A DNA stretch of 64,000 bases from positions 32,001-96,000 of the forward strand of contig JBKBRF010000019.1 in NCBI GenBank assembly GCA_046292385.1, written 5' to 3'. The notes beneath the pieces were generated by a model. That model worked only from the letters and a program-made list of their open reading frames with translations, was not told where the DNA came from and ran no database searches. Each line of letters opens with the position of its first letter. Position 1 is the first letter of the stretch. This document shows, one piece after another, positions 1 to 10,098 of this stretch. This stretch comes from Armatimonadota bacterium (GTDB taxonomy: Bacteria > Armatimonadota > SYMT01). Both the position numbers and the translations under genes were made by a program.

Positions 1-170
1 TACCGATCGGGGAAGACGAAGTGCCGGAGCGCCAACGCCGCGAGAATCGCGGCGGCAATCAGGAGCATCGGCCAGCCGGTGCCGGAGCCCCACTCCGTCA
101 CGCCGAGGATCACCAGCAGCGTGGCGGCGGCGAGCGCGGCGACCGTTCGAATGAGCCGAAAACGTGACAT
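1..170 (-). CDS. Small hydrophobic membrane protein (reaches the window edge)
   Basis: Read by hand from ATG at 170: MSRFRLIRTVAALAAATLLVILGVTEWGSGTGWPMLLIAAAILAALALRHFVFPDR, with two hydrophobic segments. The last two bases (TA) may begin a stop codon. Not in the ORF track. Confidence 0.55.
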   Translation of the reverse strand, partial: MSRFRLIRTVAALAAATLLVILGVTEWGSGTGWPMLLIAAAILAALALRHFVFPDR

Positions 171-224
171 GCGATGGAAACCGGTGGAAGCGGGGTGTTC
201 ACCCGAACGTTAGCCGCGGCGGCG

Positions 225-803
225 TCATGCCGTCAATAGCGTCGCGCGCCCAGGAGCCCGGTTGGGCCACTCCCGCTTGAGCAGTGCGAAGAGCAGCGAG
301 TCCCGCCATTCGCCCCGGCGCAGGCGGTGTTCGAGCAGGTAACCCTCTCGCCTCATGCCGAGCTTCTCCAGCACCCGGGCAGAGCCGTGGTTCTCCGGAT
401 CGCAGGTAGCCCAGACCCGGTGGAGCTTCAGCGTTCCGAACGCCAGATCCAGGAGAGCCTCCGCAGCTTCTACCGCATACCCCTGTCCCCAGGCATCACG
501 CGCCAGGCAGTAGCCGATCTCCGCTTGTCGGCTTCCGGTGTCCGGCCGCATCAGCGCGGCGCTCCCGAACGGGCGATCCTCGCCGCGCCGGGTGATCGCC
601 AGGGCGTACGTCGAACGCGGATGAGCGGTCTGGCTTTCGATCACCCGCGCCAGGAACTCGACCGTGTCCGACTCGGTGTTCGGCCCCCAGTCGAGCCATT
701 GGCAGACTTCCGGATCCGAGCCGTAGACGTGTACCGCCTCCCGGTCCTCCGGGCTGAAGTCGCGCAGCAGCAGCCGAGGCGTCTGCAGTGGAAGAACTTC
801 CAT
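225..803 (-). CDS. GNAT family N-acetyltransferase (RimJ/RimL type)
   Basis: LQTPRLLLRDF, EIGYCLARDAWGQGYAVEA and NHGSARVLEKLGMRREG motifs. ATG at 803 preferred as start. Confidence 0.9.
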   Translation of the reverse strand: MEVLPLQTPRLLLRDFSPEDREAVHVYGSDPEVCQWLDWGPNTESDTVEFLARVIESQTAHPRSTYALAITRRGEDRPFGSAALMRPDTGSRQAEIGYCLARDAWGQGYAVEAAEALLDLAFGTLKLHRVWATCDPENHGSARVLEKLGMRREGYLLEHRLRRGEWRDSLLFALLKREWPNRAPGRATLLTA

Positions 804-893
804 GGGCGCAGACCGGCGCGGTCGCACCCGCCATTCAACGTTCACCGGCTCCCTCCGTGTCGTCCCACTACCACTTTATACGTGGTACAGGCG

Positions 894-925
894 AGACCCC
901 TCCGGCAGGATGGCCGGAGGGGTCT
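894..925. terminator. Stem-loop downstream of the DUF1559 gene
   Basis: AGACCCCTCCGGC-aggatg-GCCGGAGGGGTCT, a perfect 13-bp stem with no clear U tract. Confidence 0.5.
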
Positions 926-951
926 GGCTGCTGAGATCTGCGAGGGGTCGC

Positions 952-1893
<942 letters not shown>

Positions 1894-2106
1894 CGGGGCG
1901 TCTCCCTTGGCGACGAAGCGCCGGTCGGTCACTCAAAGTGGCACCTGGTATTGGTGTCCATCTTGGGGGACCCACCTTAAGGGAGCCTCAGCGTTCGCTC
2001 ATCGCGCGCTTAACGGAAGCTGAAACTGAGGTGCGGAGACCGGTTTACCGACCGCGCGAGCCGTTCGCCCGGCTTGCCAGGCTCACGCGGTCGGGCTGCC
2101 TGCTGG

Positions 2107-3534
2107 CTACTTGACGGCGCGGAGGAAGAGGTTGAGGCCGGAGGGGGTGGGGGCCACTTCCGCGTCCGTCTGGTTGAACGGGCTGCGGGTGATCACGTCC
2201 TGCAGGTCGCGCGGGCTGTGCCGGCGGGGGCGCCAGTCGAGCAGCGTCTCCATCAGGAGCCAGTCCGGGACCGCCTCGCCGAAGACGACCATCAGCACGG
2301 AGCCATGCGCGTGCATCCAGCGGTGCGCCGTGTACAGGATCCGGCCGAGAGCGGCCTGGTCGGCGTTGTCCGCCGTGTAGAGGCTGGCGACCAGGTCGTA
2401 CCCGCCGTAGCCCTCCGCGTCGGGCCGGAGCTCGGTGGGGGAGCCGTGGCGAAACGTGATGTCGCCGCGAGGTGCCCGGCCCTTCAGGAGGTTGTTGGCG
2501 TGGACCAGCGCTTCCTGGTCGTCGTCCACGCACATCACGGAGATCTTCTCCGCCATCCCCGGCTCTTCCAGCAGGTCGGCCAGGGAGCGCGCCGGGCCGC
2601 AGCCGAGCGAGAGGATGCGAACCATGCGGTCGGGACGGGCGCGGTCGAGCACCTCCCGGATCACCCGCTCGTTAGCCGCCGTGCGCCGCTCCCGGATCGC
2701 TTCCGCGAACGGCCGCGTGAGCAGCCAGGCGTCGGTCAGCAGTCCCAGCGTGTCGTCGCCCTCCGGCACGTTCCGGTAGATGTGGTTGAAGCCGCGATAG
2801 CCGGCGGCGCGGTTGGTGGGGCGGGCGTTCATCCACTCCACCAGGCGGCTGCGGCCGGCCAGCTCCATCAGCTCCCGCCGGGCGAGGTCGACCAGCTGGG
2901 AGCGATCGACCGCCGGGGCGTTCTCCAGCAGCCCCGCCAGGGCGCGCAGCACGGGGCGGTAGGCGGTGGCGACCGCCGGAATCCGCTCTCGCGCCCAGAA
3001 CGACTGGCCCTCTTCCGGCGCGTCGCCCAGCTTCTCCAGGGCGGCGCGCGCCTCGCTGCACGCGGCGGAGAGCTGCTGGAGAGCGGTCGGCTGCGTGCGG
3101 GCTTCCGCGCTCTCCGGGAGCGCTCCCGCGCCGACCGGCACGTCCGCGTTCCGCGCGGCCACCGCCGCCGCCAGGGCGCGCGTCAGGCGCGCGGCAACCG
3201 TCGGCTCCGTCTCCGTCAACCAGTCGAGGTCCGCGGGGGTGGCGGTAAGCAGGATCACGTTGTCGAGCGCGATCACGGAGTGGGGGCTGATCCGGGAGCG
3301 GATCAGGCTGGTGCTGCCGATCACCTGCCCCCGCCGCAGGAACTTCGGACCCTCCGGCGCCTCCACCTGCAGGGCGCCCTCTTCCACGATGTAGAAGCGG
3401 TCGACGCTCTCCCCGGCCGCCACCACCACGTCGCCGCGCTCGTAGGGCCGGCGGAAGCCCATGTTCAGGAGCAGGTCCAGATCTTCCGGCCGGAAGAGCC
3501 GGAGCACGCTATCGGCCAGTACGCTGCCATCCAT
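2107..3534 (-). CDS. Cyclic-nucleotide-binding-like domain fused to a class I SAM-dependent methyltransferase
   Basis: N-terminal YERGDVVVAAGESVDRFYIVEEGALQV (cNMP fold); C-terminal RILSLGCGPARSL and VMCVDDDQEAL (SAM motifs I and II). Confidence 0.75.
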   Translation of the reverse strand: MDGSVLADSVLRLFRPEDLDLLLNMGFRRPYERGDVVVAAGESVDRFYIVEEGALQVEAPEGPKFLRRGQVIGSTSLIRSRISPHSVIALDNVILLTATPADLDWLTETEPTVAARLTRALAAAVAARNADVPVGAGALPESAEARTQPTALQQLSAACSEARAALEKLGDAPEEGQSFWARERIPAVATAYRPVLRALAGLLENAPAVDRSQLVDLARRELMELAGRSRLVEWMNARPTNRAAGYRGFNHIYRNVPEGDDTLGLLTDAWLLTRPFAEAIRERRTAANERVIREVLDRARPDRMVRILSLGCGPARSLADLLEEPGMAEKISVMCVDDDQEALVHANNLLKGRAPRGDITFRHGSPTELRPDAEGYGGYDLVASLYTADNADQAALGRILYTAHRWMHAHGSVLMVVFGEAVPDWLLMETLLDWRPRRHSPRDLQDVITRSPFNQTDAEVAPTPSGLNLFLRAVK

Positions 3535-4203
3535 CCGCAAAAATCCCCCTTGGCGAAATCATACCGTGGGCAAGACGGAAGAAGAAAGAAGGGAGAAGAA
3601 AGAACCGGTCATCGCCCGGCTTCTCCCGTCCACGACGCGCGCCGTCTCGCTCGATGTCGGAGCGCAGTGATGAGGCCTTACTGAATAGGTGAGTAGCCAG
3701 GCGGAGCATCCGAGGGGCCGCGAGGCATTGAAATACCTCGCTGAACGGCCTGCGGCCAAGCGTCCTCCGGACGCGCAAACCGGGCCTTCTCAGTCCGCGG
3801 AGGCGGACTTCGTGCCGTGGTTGCCGCGGTTTCAACCGCCCGGTGGCTACAGGTAGCGGACTACCGTCCCCGGCTGCAGCTCTTCTTTCCTCTTTCCTCT
3901 CCCATCTACCAGTCTTGAACCGTTGACTGAGGGCCGCCTGGCTGCTACGATTTGGAGGAGATTGGACAACTGCTGGCTTGCGGACCCGTCTGTCTGCCAA
4001 TTGGGGCGACAGTGGAAGCGGGGCTGCGGCGGGCTGATCGCGGCGCCGGTCGATCCGGCTTACCGTCCAGCCAGTGCCACCAGCGGTAAGGGATCCAACG
4101 TGGACGCTGAAAGTACCCACAGGTACTCCAACAACCGGCGCGTCAGCGGGACGAGCGGGGTAGTGGCAGCGCGGGCGTAACTTTACGCCCGTCTAGCGTT
4201 CAC

Positions 4204-4229
4204 GCCCCGAGCTTCGGGGCTTTTTCTTT
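4204..4229 (+). terminator. Intrinsic terminator or attenuator in the mgtE leader
   Basis: GCCCCGAG-cttc-GGGGC-type hairpin followed by TTTTTCTTT, about 80 nt upstream of the mgtE start on the same strand. Confidence 0.65.
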
Positions 4230-4308
4230 GTACGGCTCCATCTTCCGCTCCGCGCCAGGGTTCGGGCCCGCGGGCTCGAACCGGTAAGCCCGGATCGGGA
4301 GGTGAAGC

Positions 4309-5679
4309 ATGACCTTCGCGTTGCCTGCCGCGCCCTCCGTGGAGGTGCGTGAGCTGCTGGAGCGGGACGGCCCGCAGGCCGTGGCGCTGCAGCTTCTCAC
4401 GCTGCACCCGGTGGAGACGACGGAAGCGCTGGAGACGCTCGATCACGACGAGCGCTTCCGCGTAGTGAGCGCGCTCCCCATCAATATCGCGGCGCAGGTG
4501 CTGCTGAACGCGGACTCCGAGTTCCGCTCCGGCTTGCTGGAGCGGCTCTCCGCGGAGAGCCTGGCACAGATTCTCGATCGTCTCCCGATCGAGCACGCCA
4601 CGCAGATTCTGGAGCAGCTCGGCGACGACCGCCAGACGGAGGTGCTCGCCGCCGCTTCGCCGGAGGACGCCGCCCAGATGGAGGCGATCCGGCGGTGTCC
4701 GCCCTCCAGCATTGGCCGGCTGATGGTGCGCCAGGTCCCCCGCATCCGGGGCGGAATGACCGTGGCGGACACGTTCCGCTACCTGCGCCGTGTCTCCGCG
4801 GACCTGGAGACGATCAACAACCTGTACGTGCTCGACTCCACCGACCGCCTCGCCGGCGTGATCGCCCTGGGCGAGCTGGTGCTGGCCGACCCGCAGGCCC
4901 GGATCCAGGACCTGATGCAGTCCCGCGTGGTGATGGTGACCCCGGAGACCGACCGGGAAGTCGCCGCGAACCTGATCAGCCGCTACAACTTCCTGGCGCT
5001 CCCGGTGGTGGATGAGCAGAAGCGGCTGATGGGCGTGGTGACGGTCGACGACCTGGTCGACGTGCTGATCCAGGAAGGCACCGAGGACGTCCTCCGCCTC
5101 GGCGCGGTGGCGGGCGGGGACGACGCCGAGGGCCACACTTCCTACTGGGCGGGCCGCATCACCAGCGCGGTGAAGAAGCGGCTCGGCTGGCTGGTGCTGC
5201 TCTTCCTGGCCGGCTCCCTCACCAGCCAGGTGCTGCACATGTTCCAGGCGCCGCTGGAAAAGGTGGTCGCACTCTCCTTCTTCATCCCGCTGCTCATCGG
5301 CACCGGCGGCAACGCCGGCTCGCAGACCGTTATGACGGTGGTGCGCGGCCTCGCCCTGGCGGAGATCCGCCCGCGCGACGCGGGGCGAGTGCTGATGCGG
5401 GAAGCGCTCACCGGCCTGCTGCTGGGACTGATCCTCGGGATCCTCGCGTTCGCCGGCAGCGCGCTCTTTACCGGCGACGCCGGGATCGGGCTCGTCCTCG
5501 GCCTGGCGGTAGTGGCGGTCTGCGCCTGGAGCACCTGCGTCGGCGCCCTGGTCCCGATCACGGCGCACTTTCTGAAGGTCGACCCCACCGTCGCCAGCGC
5601 GCCGTTCATTAGCACGCTGGTCGACGCCACCGGGCTGATCCTCTACTTCATGATCGCGCGGCTGGTCCTGGGGATTTGA
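4309..5679 (+). CDS. mgtE: Magnesium transporter MgtE
   Basis: MgtE_N region, tandem CBS domains (YVLDSTDRLAG, ALPVVDEQKRLMGVVTVDD), and TM motifs GTGGNAGSQT and DPTVASAPFISTLVD. RBS GGAGG. Confidence 0.95.
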   Translation: MTFALPAAPSVEVRELLERDGPQAVALQLLTLHPVETTEALETLDHDERFRVVSALPINIAAQVLLNADSEFRSGLLERLSAESLAQILDRLPIEHATQILEQLGDDRQTEVLAAASPEDAAQMEAIRRCPPSSIGRLMVRQVPRIRGGMTVADTFRYLRRVSADLETINNLYVLDSTDRLAGVIALGELVLADPQARIQDLMQSRVVMVTPETDREVAANLISRYNFLALPVVDEQKRLMGVVTVDDLVDVLIQEGTEDVLRLGAVAGGDDAEGHTSYWAGRITSAVKKRLGWLVLLFLAGSLTSQVLHMFQAPLEKVVALSFFIPLLIGTGGNAGSQTVMTVVRGLALAEIRPRDAGRVLMREALTGLLLGLILGILAFAGSALFTGDAGIGLVLGLAVVAVCAWSTCVGALVPITAHFLKVDPTVASAPFISTLVDATGLILYFMIARLVLGI

Positions 5680-5768
5680 TCGGAGCCGGAGGCCTTGCCC
5701 TCCGCCGGAAAGAACTGTGAGGGGAGCGAGGCGGTATCTCGCTCCCGTTTTCTTTGGCTGCGATCCAG

Positions 5769-8495
5769 ATGCGCGCGCTGCCCCCGCTGCTCCCACAAAC
5801 GAAGAGTGGCCTCTCCCCCTGGCTGCGGCGGCTCCGCTGGCTGGGCCCGCTGCTGCTGCTGGTGGGCGCTCTCGCCTGGCGGCCCGCGCTGGCCCTCTCC
5901 GTGCTGGCGATCGTCCTGGGAGGCGGCGGCCTGCTCTACTGGGTGACGGCGGTCGGCTGGGGCATGTTCCACCCGCGCGTCGTGCTGCGGGGGCGCGACG
6001 GGGCCCTGCGGTGGTCGTTCGGCCTCTCGCTCCTCGGCGGGTTGTTCATCACCGGCGGCCTGGAGGCGCTCCTCGCGCTGCGACCGGACTACCCGCTCTT
6101 CCCGTCGGCGCTAATCCCGCTGCTGGTGCTGCTGGCGGTGCCGCTCGGCTTCCTGCTGCTGCTGCCGCTCAGCTTCTCCGGCGCGGCGGTCGGCGCGTTC
6201 GCGTCCCGGCGCTCGCCGGAGGTGGAGACGGCGGCGCAGGCGGGGCCGACATGCTGGTGGGGAGCGGCGCTGCTCCTGCTCGCGTTCGCCAACCTGGCGA
6301 GCCGGATCCCCGGCGTCGCGCTGCGTCCGCTCCCGGCGCTCTTCCTGCTCGGAACGCCGCTGCTCGCGGCTCTCCTCTCCCGCGCCGCGCTGTGCCCGTC
6401 GCTGCGCCCGGAGCGGCTGACGCGGGGGGTCGTGCGGCTGCTCTCCCGACGCCTGGTCTGGCGGCCGAGCGTGCGCGGGCGCCCGCTGAAGCTCGACTTC
6501 CGCGGTGCCGCTCTCGGCCTCTGCGCCGCGCTCCTGGTCCTCGCCGCCCGCCCCTGGGTGCAGCCGCTCCAGGGGACCGTGTTGATCACGCTGATGAACT
6601 TCCGGAACGCGCTGGCGGTCTGGAACCAACGCGCCGACGCGGAGCTGCGCTTCGTGGAGACGGGGTCGCCCGCGCGAATCGTGCTGCTGGAGCTCGACGC
6701 GCCGCTCCGGCGCGAAGCGGTACAGACCGGCTCCGAGGCGGAGGTCCAGGCGCGGCTGATCCGAAAGCTCGCCGCCTGGAAGCCGCTGCGGGTGGTGCTG
6801 CCGCAGCCGCTGCTCCCTGGCGATCGGCCTTCCGACTGGTACTCGGTTCCCGGCGAGCCCCAGCCGGATGCAGCGGACGCTGAACGGAACGCGAAGCAGA
6901 TCGGAGTGCTCACCGGGGCGATGCGCGAGGCCGGCAACGTGGTCTTCGCCCGTCCCAGGCTGCCTTCCATGGTGTTGGAGGGACTTCCCGCCCAGGAGAT
7001 TCCGCAGGAGACGCTGGCCGCGGCGCGCGCTCTCGCTGCCGCCGCGGCCGCAGTCGGCGACACCGACCTGCCCACCGCCGGCACCGCGCGGCTCCCTGTG
7101 CTGCCGACCGCGTGGACCGAGAACCCACCGCTGCCGCTGCTGATGGCGGCCGCGGCGAAAGGGGAGGTGCTCCGGCCCGGAGAGCTTCGCGACGACGAAG
7201 TCTCGATCCTGGGACGTACCGTCGTCCCGGTAGAGGACCGGCAGCTCCTGATCGACTTCGTCTCCGGCGGCGGGGGAGGGGACTTCCCGCGGTTCACCTA
7301 CAGCAGCATCCTGCGGGGAGACTCGTTCTACACTACGGAGGCTGCAGCCGCCGAGCGAGCGCCGGCCGGCCGGTGGATCCGCCCGGCGGAGTACTTCCGC
7401 GACAAGATCGTGGTGCTCGACTCGCTCGCCCGCCGGCCGCGGGAGACCCCGCTGGGCCTGCTTCCGGCTTCCGAGGTGGCGGCCTATGCGGCGCAGGACC
7501 TCCTCGCGCCCGCGCCGCTCGCCCCGACCGCTCCCCTGGAGCTCGTCCTGATCGTCCTCTTCTTCGGCGTGCTGACTGGATACGTTTGCGCCGGGCGGGG
7601 CCCCCTCGACGCCGGGTGGAGGGTGATGTTCGCCATCGTGGTGATCGTCGGCGCCTCCGTCGTGCTCTACCTGGAGCGGGAGTGGCTCGATCCGGTCCTG
7701 CCGATTGTCACCGTGGCGCTGGCGGGATTCGTCGTGACCCAGCTCACCTTCGCGATGGAGAGCGACGAGCGGGAGCGCAACCGGCAGGTGCTGAGCCGCT
7801 TTCTGCCGCCGCAGCTCGTGGAGCGCCTGATCGACGATCCGGATGCCCGCCTCAAGCTCGGGGGTGCCCGGCAGCAGGTCTGCGTGCTCTTCGCGGACGT
7901 GCGGAACTTCACCCGGTTCGCGGAGCTAGCGAGTCCGGAGGCGGTGGTGGAGACGACGAACGCCTACCTCACCGCCATGACCGGCGCGCTCTTTGAACAC
8001 GGCGGCGTGCTGGACAAGTTCACCGGCGACGGCCTGATGGCGTGGTTCCCGGTGAGCGACCGGGACCACGACGTGCGGCAGGCGGTGCGCGCCGCGATCG
8101 CCATGGCCCGCGCCGCCACGGAGGTCGGGCGGGGGATGCTGGCGCAGGGGCGCCCGCCGCTGCAGATCGGCATCGGCATGCACTACGGCGAGGCGATCGT
8201 CGGCCTCGTCGGCAGCCCAAACCGGCCGGACTTCACCGCGCTCGGCCACACGGTGGTGGTGAGCCACCGGCTCCAGAGCCTCGCGGCCGGCGGAGAGGTG
8301 GTAGTCAGCCAGGATGTCGCCTCCGTCATGGGGGAAGACTTCCACGCCGAAGCGGGCGAGCCGGTGCAGGTAAAGGGGCTCTCCGCCCCGGTCCGGCCCT
8401 ACCGCCTCCGGCTCCAGCTCGACCTGGAGCCCGCCGGACTGGACGAGTGGGCCGTTCCCGAGCCGGCGCCGGCTGCCTCTTCGGAGAGCGGCTAA
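5769..8495 (+). CDS. Membrane-bound class III adenylate/guanylate cyclase with CHASE2-like sensor region
   Basis: C-terminal VCVLFADVRNFT, DKFTGDGLMA and IGIGMHYGEAIVG motifs. Multi-TM N-terminus, extracytoplasmic domain ending FRDKIVVL, then three TM helices before the cyclase domain. Confidence 0.85.
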   Translation: MRALPPLLPQTKSGLSPWLRRLRWLGPLLLLVGALAWRPALALSVLAIVLGGGGLLYWVTAVGWGMFHPRVVLRGRDGALRWSFGLSLLGGLFITGGLEALLALRPDYPLFPSALIPLLVLLAVPLGFLLLLPLSFSGAAVGAFASRRSPEVETAAQAGPTCWWGAALLLLAFANLASRIPGVALRPLPALFLLGTPLLAALLSRAALCPSLRPERLTRGVVRLLSRRLVWRPSVRGRPLKLDFRGAALGLCAALLVLAARPWVQPLQGTVLITLMNFRNALAVWNQRADAELRFVETGSPARIVLLELDAPLRREAVQTGSEAEVQARLIRKLAAWKPLRVVLPQPLLPGDRPSDWYSVPGEPQPDAADAERNAKQIGVLTGAMREAGNVVFARPRLPSMVLEGLPAQEIPQETLAAARALAAAAAAVGDTDLPTAGTARLPVLPTAWTENPPLPLLMAAAAKGEVLRPGELRDDEVSILGRTVVPVEDRQLLIDFVSGGGGGDFPRFTYSSILRGDSFYTTEAAAAERAPAGRWIRPAEYFRDKIVVLDSLARRPRETPLGLLPASEVAAYAAQDLLAPAPLAPTAPLELVLIVLFFGVLTGYVCAGRGPLDAGWRVMFAIVVIVGASVVLYLEREWLDPVLPIVTVALAGFVVTQLTFAMESDERERNRQVLSRFLPPQLVERLIDDPDARLKLGGARQQVCVLFADVRNFTRFAELASPEAVVETTNAYLTAMTGALFEHGGVLDKFTGDGLMAWFPVSDRDHDVRQAVRAAIAMARAATEVGRGMLAQGRPPLQIGIGMHYGEAIVGLVGSPNRPDFTALGHTVVVSHRLQSLAAGGEVVVSQDVASVMGEDFHAEAGEPVQVKGLSAPVRPYRLRLQLDLEPAGLDEWAVPEPAPAASSESG

Positions 8496-9997
8496 GCCCC
8501 CCGGATCAAGCCTGAGCCGGCCCCCGCCCAGTCGGTCCCCACGAGCGCCTGGTAGAGCTTGGCCTGGCGCTCCCGCGCCTCGCGGTAGCGAGCGTGGCGC
8601 TCCGGGTCTGGGGAGAAGACGCGACCCAGCGGGGCGGGGAGGTCGCGCAGGTCCCGGATCAGGCCGGCACCCTCCAGCGCCAGGAGGGCGGCGCCGCGGG
8701 CGGAGGCCTCTTCCACGCGAGATGCGGCGACTTCCCGGCCGAGCGCGTCCGCCACCATCTGGGTCCAGGCGGGGGAGGCGAGCAGGGCGCCGCCGGTGGC
8801 AACGATCTGGTGCTCCGGAGCGGCGACCGGCGCCAGGAGCTCGTGGATCAGCGCGAAACGGTAGGCGACCGCCTCCAGACCCGCCCGCAGGATCTCCTCC
8901 GGCCGGGTGCTCCAGGAGAGGCCCACGATCGCCGCGCGCGCGTCCCCGCGCCACCCGGGGCAGCGCTCCCCGGCCAGGAACGGCAGCACCGTCAGCCCGT
9001 GCCCGTCCGGCTCCCCCGCGGAGAGCGCCGCTTCCAGCTCCTCTGCCGCGGGGAGCTTCAGCGTGTCGCGCAGCCATGCAAAAAGGCTGCCGCCGTTGCT
9101 GAGGGCGCCGCCCTGCAGGTAGCGCCGCGCGTCCCACCGGTAGCGCCAGAGCCCCCACGGCGTCTCCGGCGCCGGCCCCTCCGCCATCACCCGGACGGCC
9201 CCGCTGGTACCGACCATCAGCGCCACCCGCTCCGGCGAGACGCAGCCGCTGCCGACGTTGCTGCAGGCGCCGTCGCCCGCCGCCGGGAACCAGGGCACAT
9301 CCGAGAGCTGGGGCAGCCGGGCGGCGAGCTCGGGCGTCAAACCGACGAAGGGCGTGCCGGTGTCGACGATCGGGCTCAACTGCTCCGCCCGCACCGGCAG
9401 CTCGGAGAGGAAGGTCTCGTCCCACTGCCCGGCCTGGTGGTGGTAGAACCCGGTCCCCGAGGCCATGGAGATGCTGCAGGCGGGGGCGCCGAAGAGCCGC
9501 GCGTGGAAGTACTCACCCGGCGACATCCAGCGTGCGGACTCCCGCAGCCACTCCGGCCGATGATGGGCGGCCCAGAGGAGGCGCGGCCCGGGGTAGCTGG
9601 TGTGCAGCAGCGCGCCGGTGCGGGCGTGGAGGGCGCGCTCGTCCAGCCGGCTCCGCAGCTCCGCCACCTCTGCCACGCTGCGGGTGTCGGCCCACATCAG
9701 CACCGGCGTGGCGGGCAGGCCGTCCGCGCGGACGCCCAGGATGCTGTGCCAGAAGGTGGAGATGCCGACCCCGGCAATCCGGCGGGCCCGCTCGCCCGCC
9801 AGCCGCAGCACCTGCTCCACGCAGCCCAGGCTTCGCTGCAGCAGCGCTTCCGCGTCCATCTCCACCCCGCCGTCCGGCGAGGCGGCCGGCGCGTGGGAGA
9901 CTCCGGCGGCGGCCCCGGGGACCGGCTCTCCCCGCTCGTCATAGAGCGCGGCGCGAATGGACGAGGTGCCAACGTCGAGCGAGAGGACGTAGTTCAT
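8492..9997 (-). CDS. gntK: Gluconokinase (FGGY carbohydrate kinase family)
   Basis: LSLDVGTSSIRA, SISMASGTG, GDGACSNVGSG, MVGTSGAVR, LPFLAGERCPGW motifs. ATG at 9997. Confidence 0.85.
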   Translation of the reverse strand: MNYVLSLDVGTSSIRAALYDERGEPVPGAAAGVSHAPAASPDGGVEMDAEALLQRSLGCVEQVLRLAGERARRIAGVGISTFWHSILGVRADGLPATPVLMWADTRSVAEVAELRSRLDERALHARTGALLHTSYPGPRLLWAAHHRPEWLRESARWMSPGEYFHARLFGAPACSISMASGTGFYHHQAGQWDETFLSELPVRAEQLSPIVDTGTPFVGLTPELAARLPQLSDVPWFPAAGDGACSNVGSGCVSPERVALMVGTSGAVRVMAEGPAPETPWGLWRYRWDARRYLQGGALSNGGSLFAWLRDTLKLPAAEELEAALSAGEPDGHGLTVLPFLAGERCPGWRGDARAAIVGLSWSTRPEEILRAGLEAVAYRFALIHELLAPVAAPEHQIVATGGALLASPAWTQMVADALGREVAASRVEEASARGAALLALEGAGLIRDLRDLPAPLGRVFSPDPERHARYREARERQAKLYQALVGTDWAGAGSGLIRGA

Positions 9998-10098
9998 GCG
10001 AAGTGGTAATCTAGCCGTAGCACTGGCGGCTGCCGGCCTGGCACAGCCCCGGGATCGAGTTTCACCCACTCCCCGAGTTCAGAGAGGATTGTAACAGC

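Noticed and set aside
4100..4150. c-di-AMP (ydaO) riboswitch, suggested by GCTGAA, GGTAC and CGTCAGC
   Set aside because: The spacing is far too short and the central conserved elements are missing; kept only as an unassigned structured leader.
3923..4180. 85-aa ORF or leader peptide upstream of mgtE
   Set aside because: TTG start, atypical codon usage and overlap with a structured segment. A leader peptide cannot be excluded, but support is too weak to call it.
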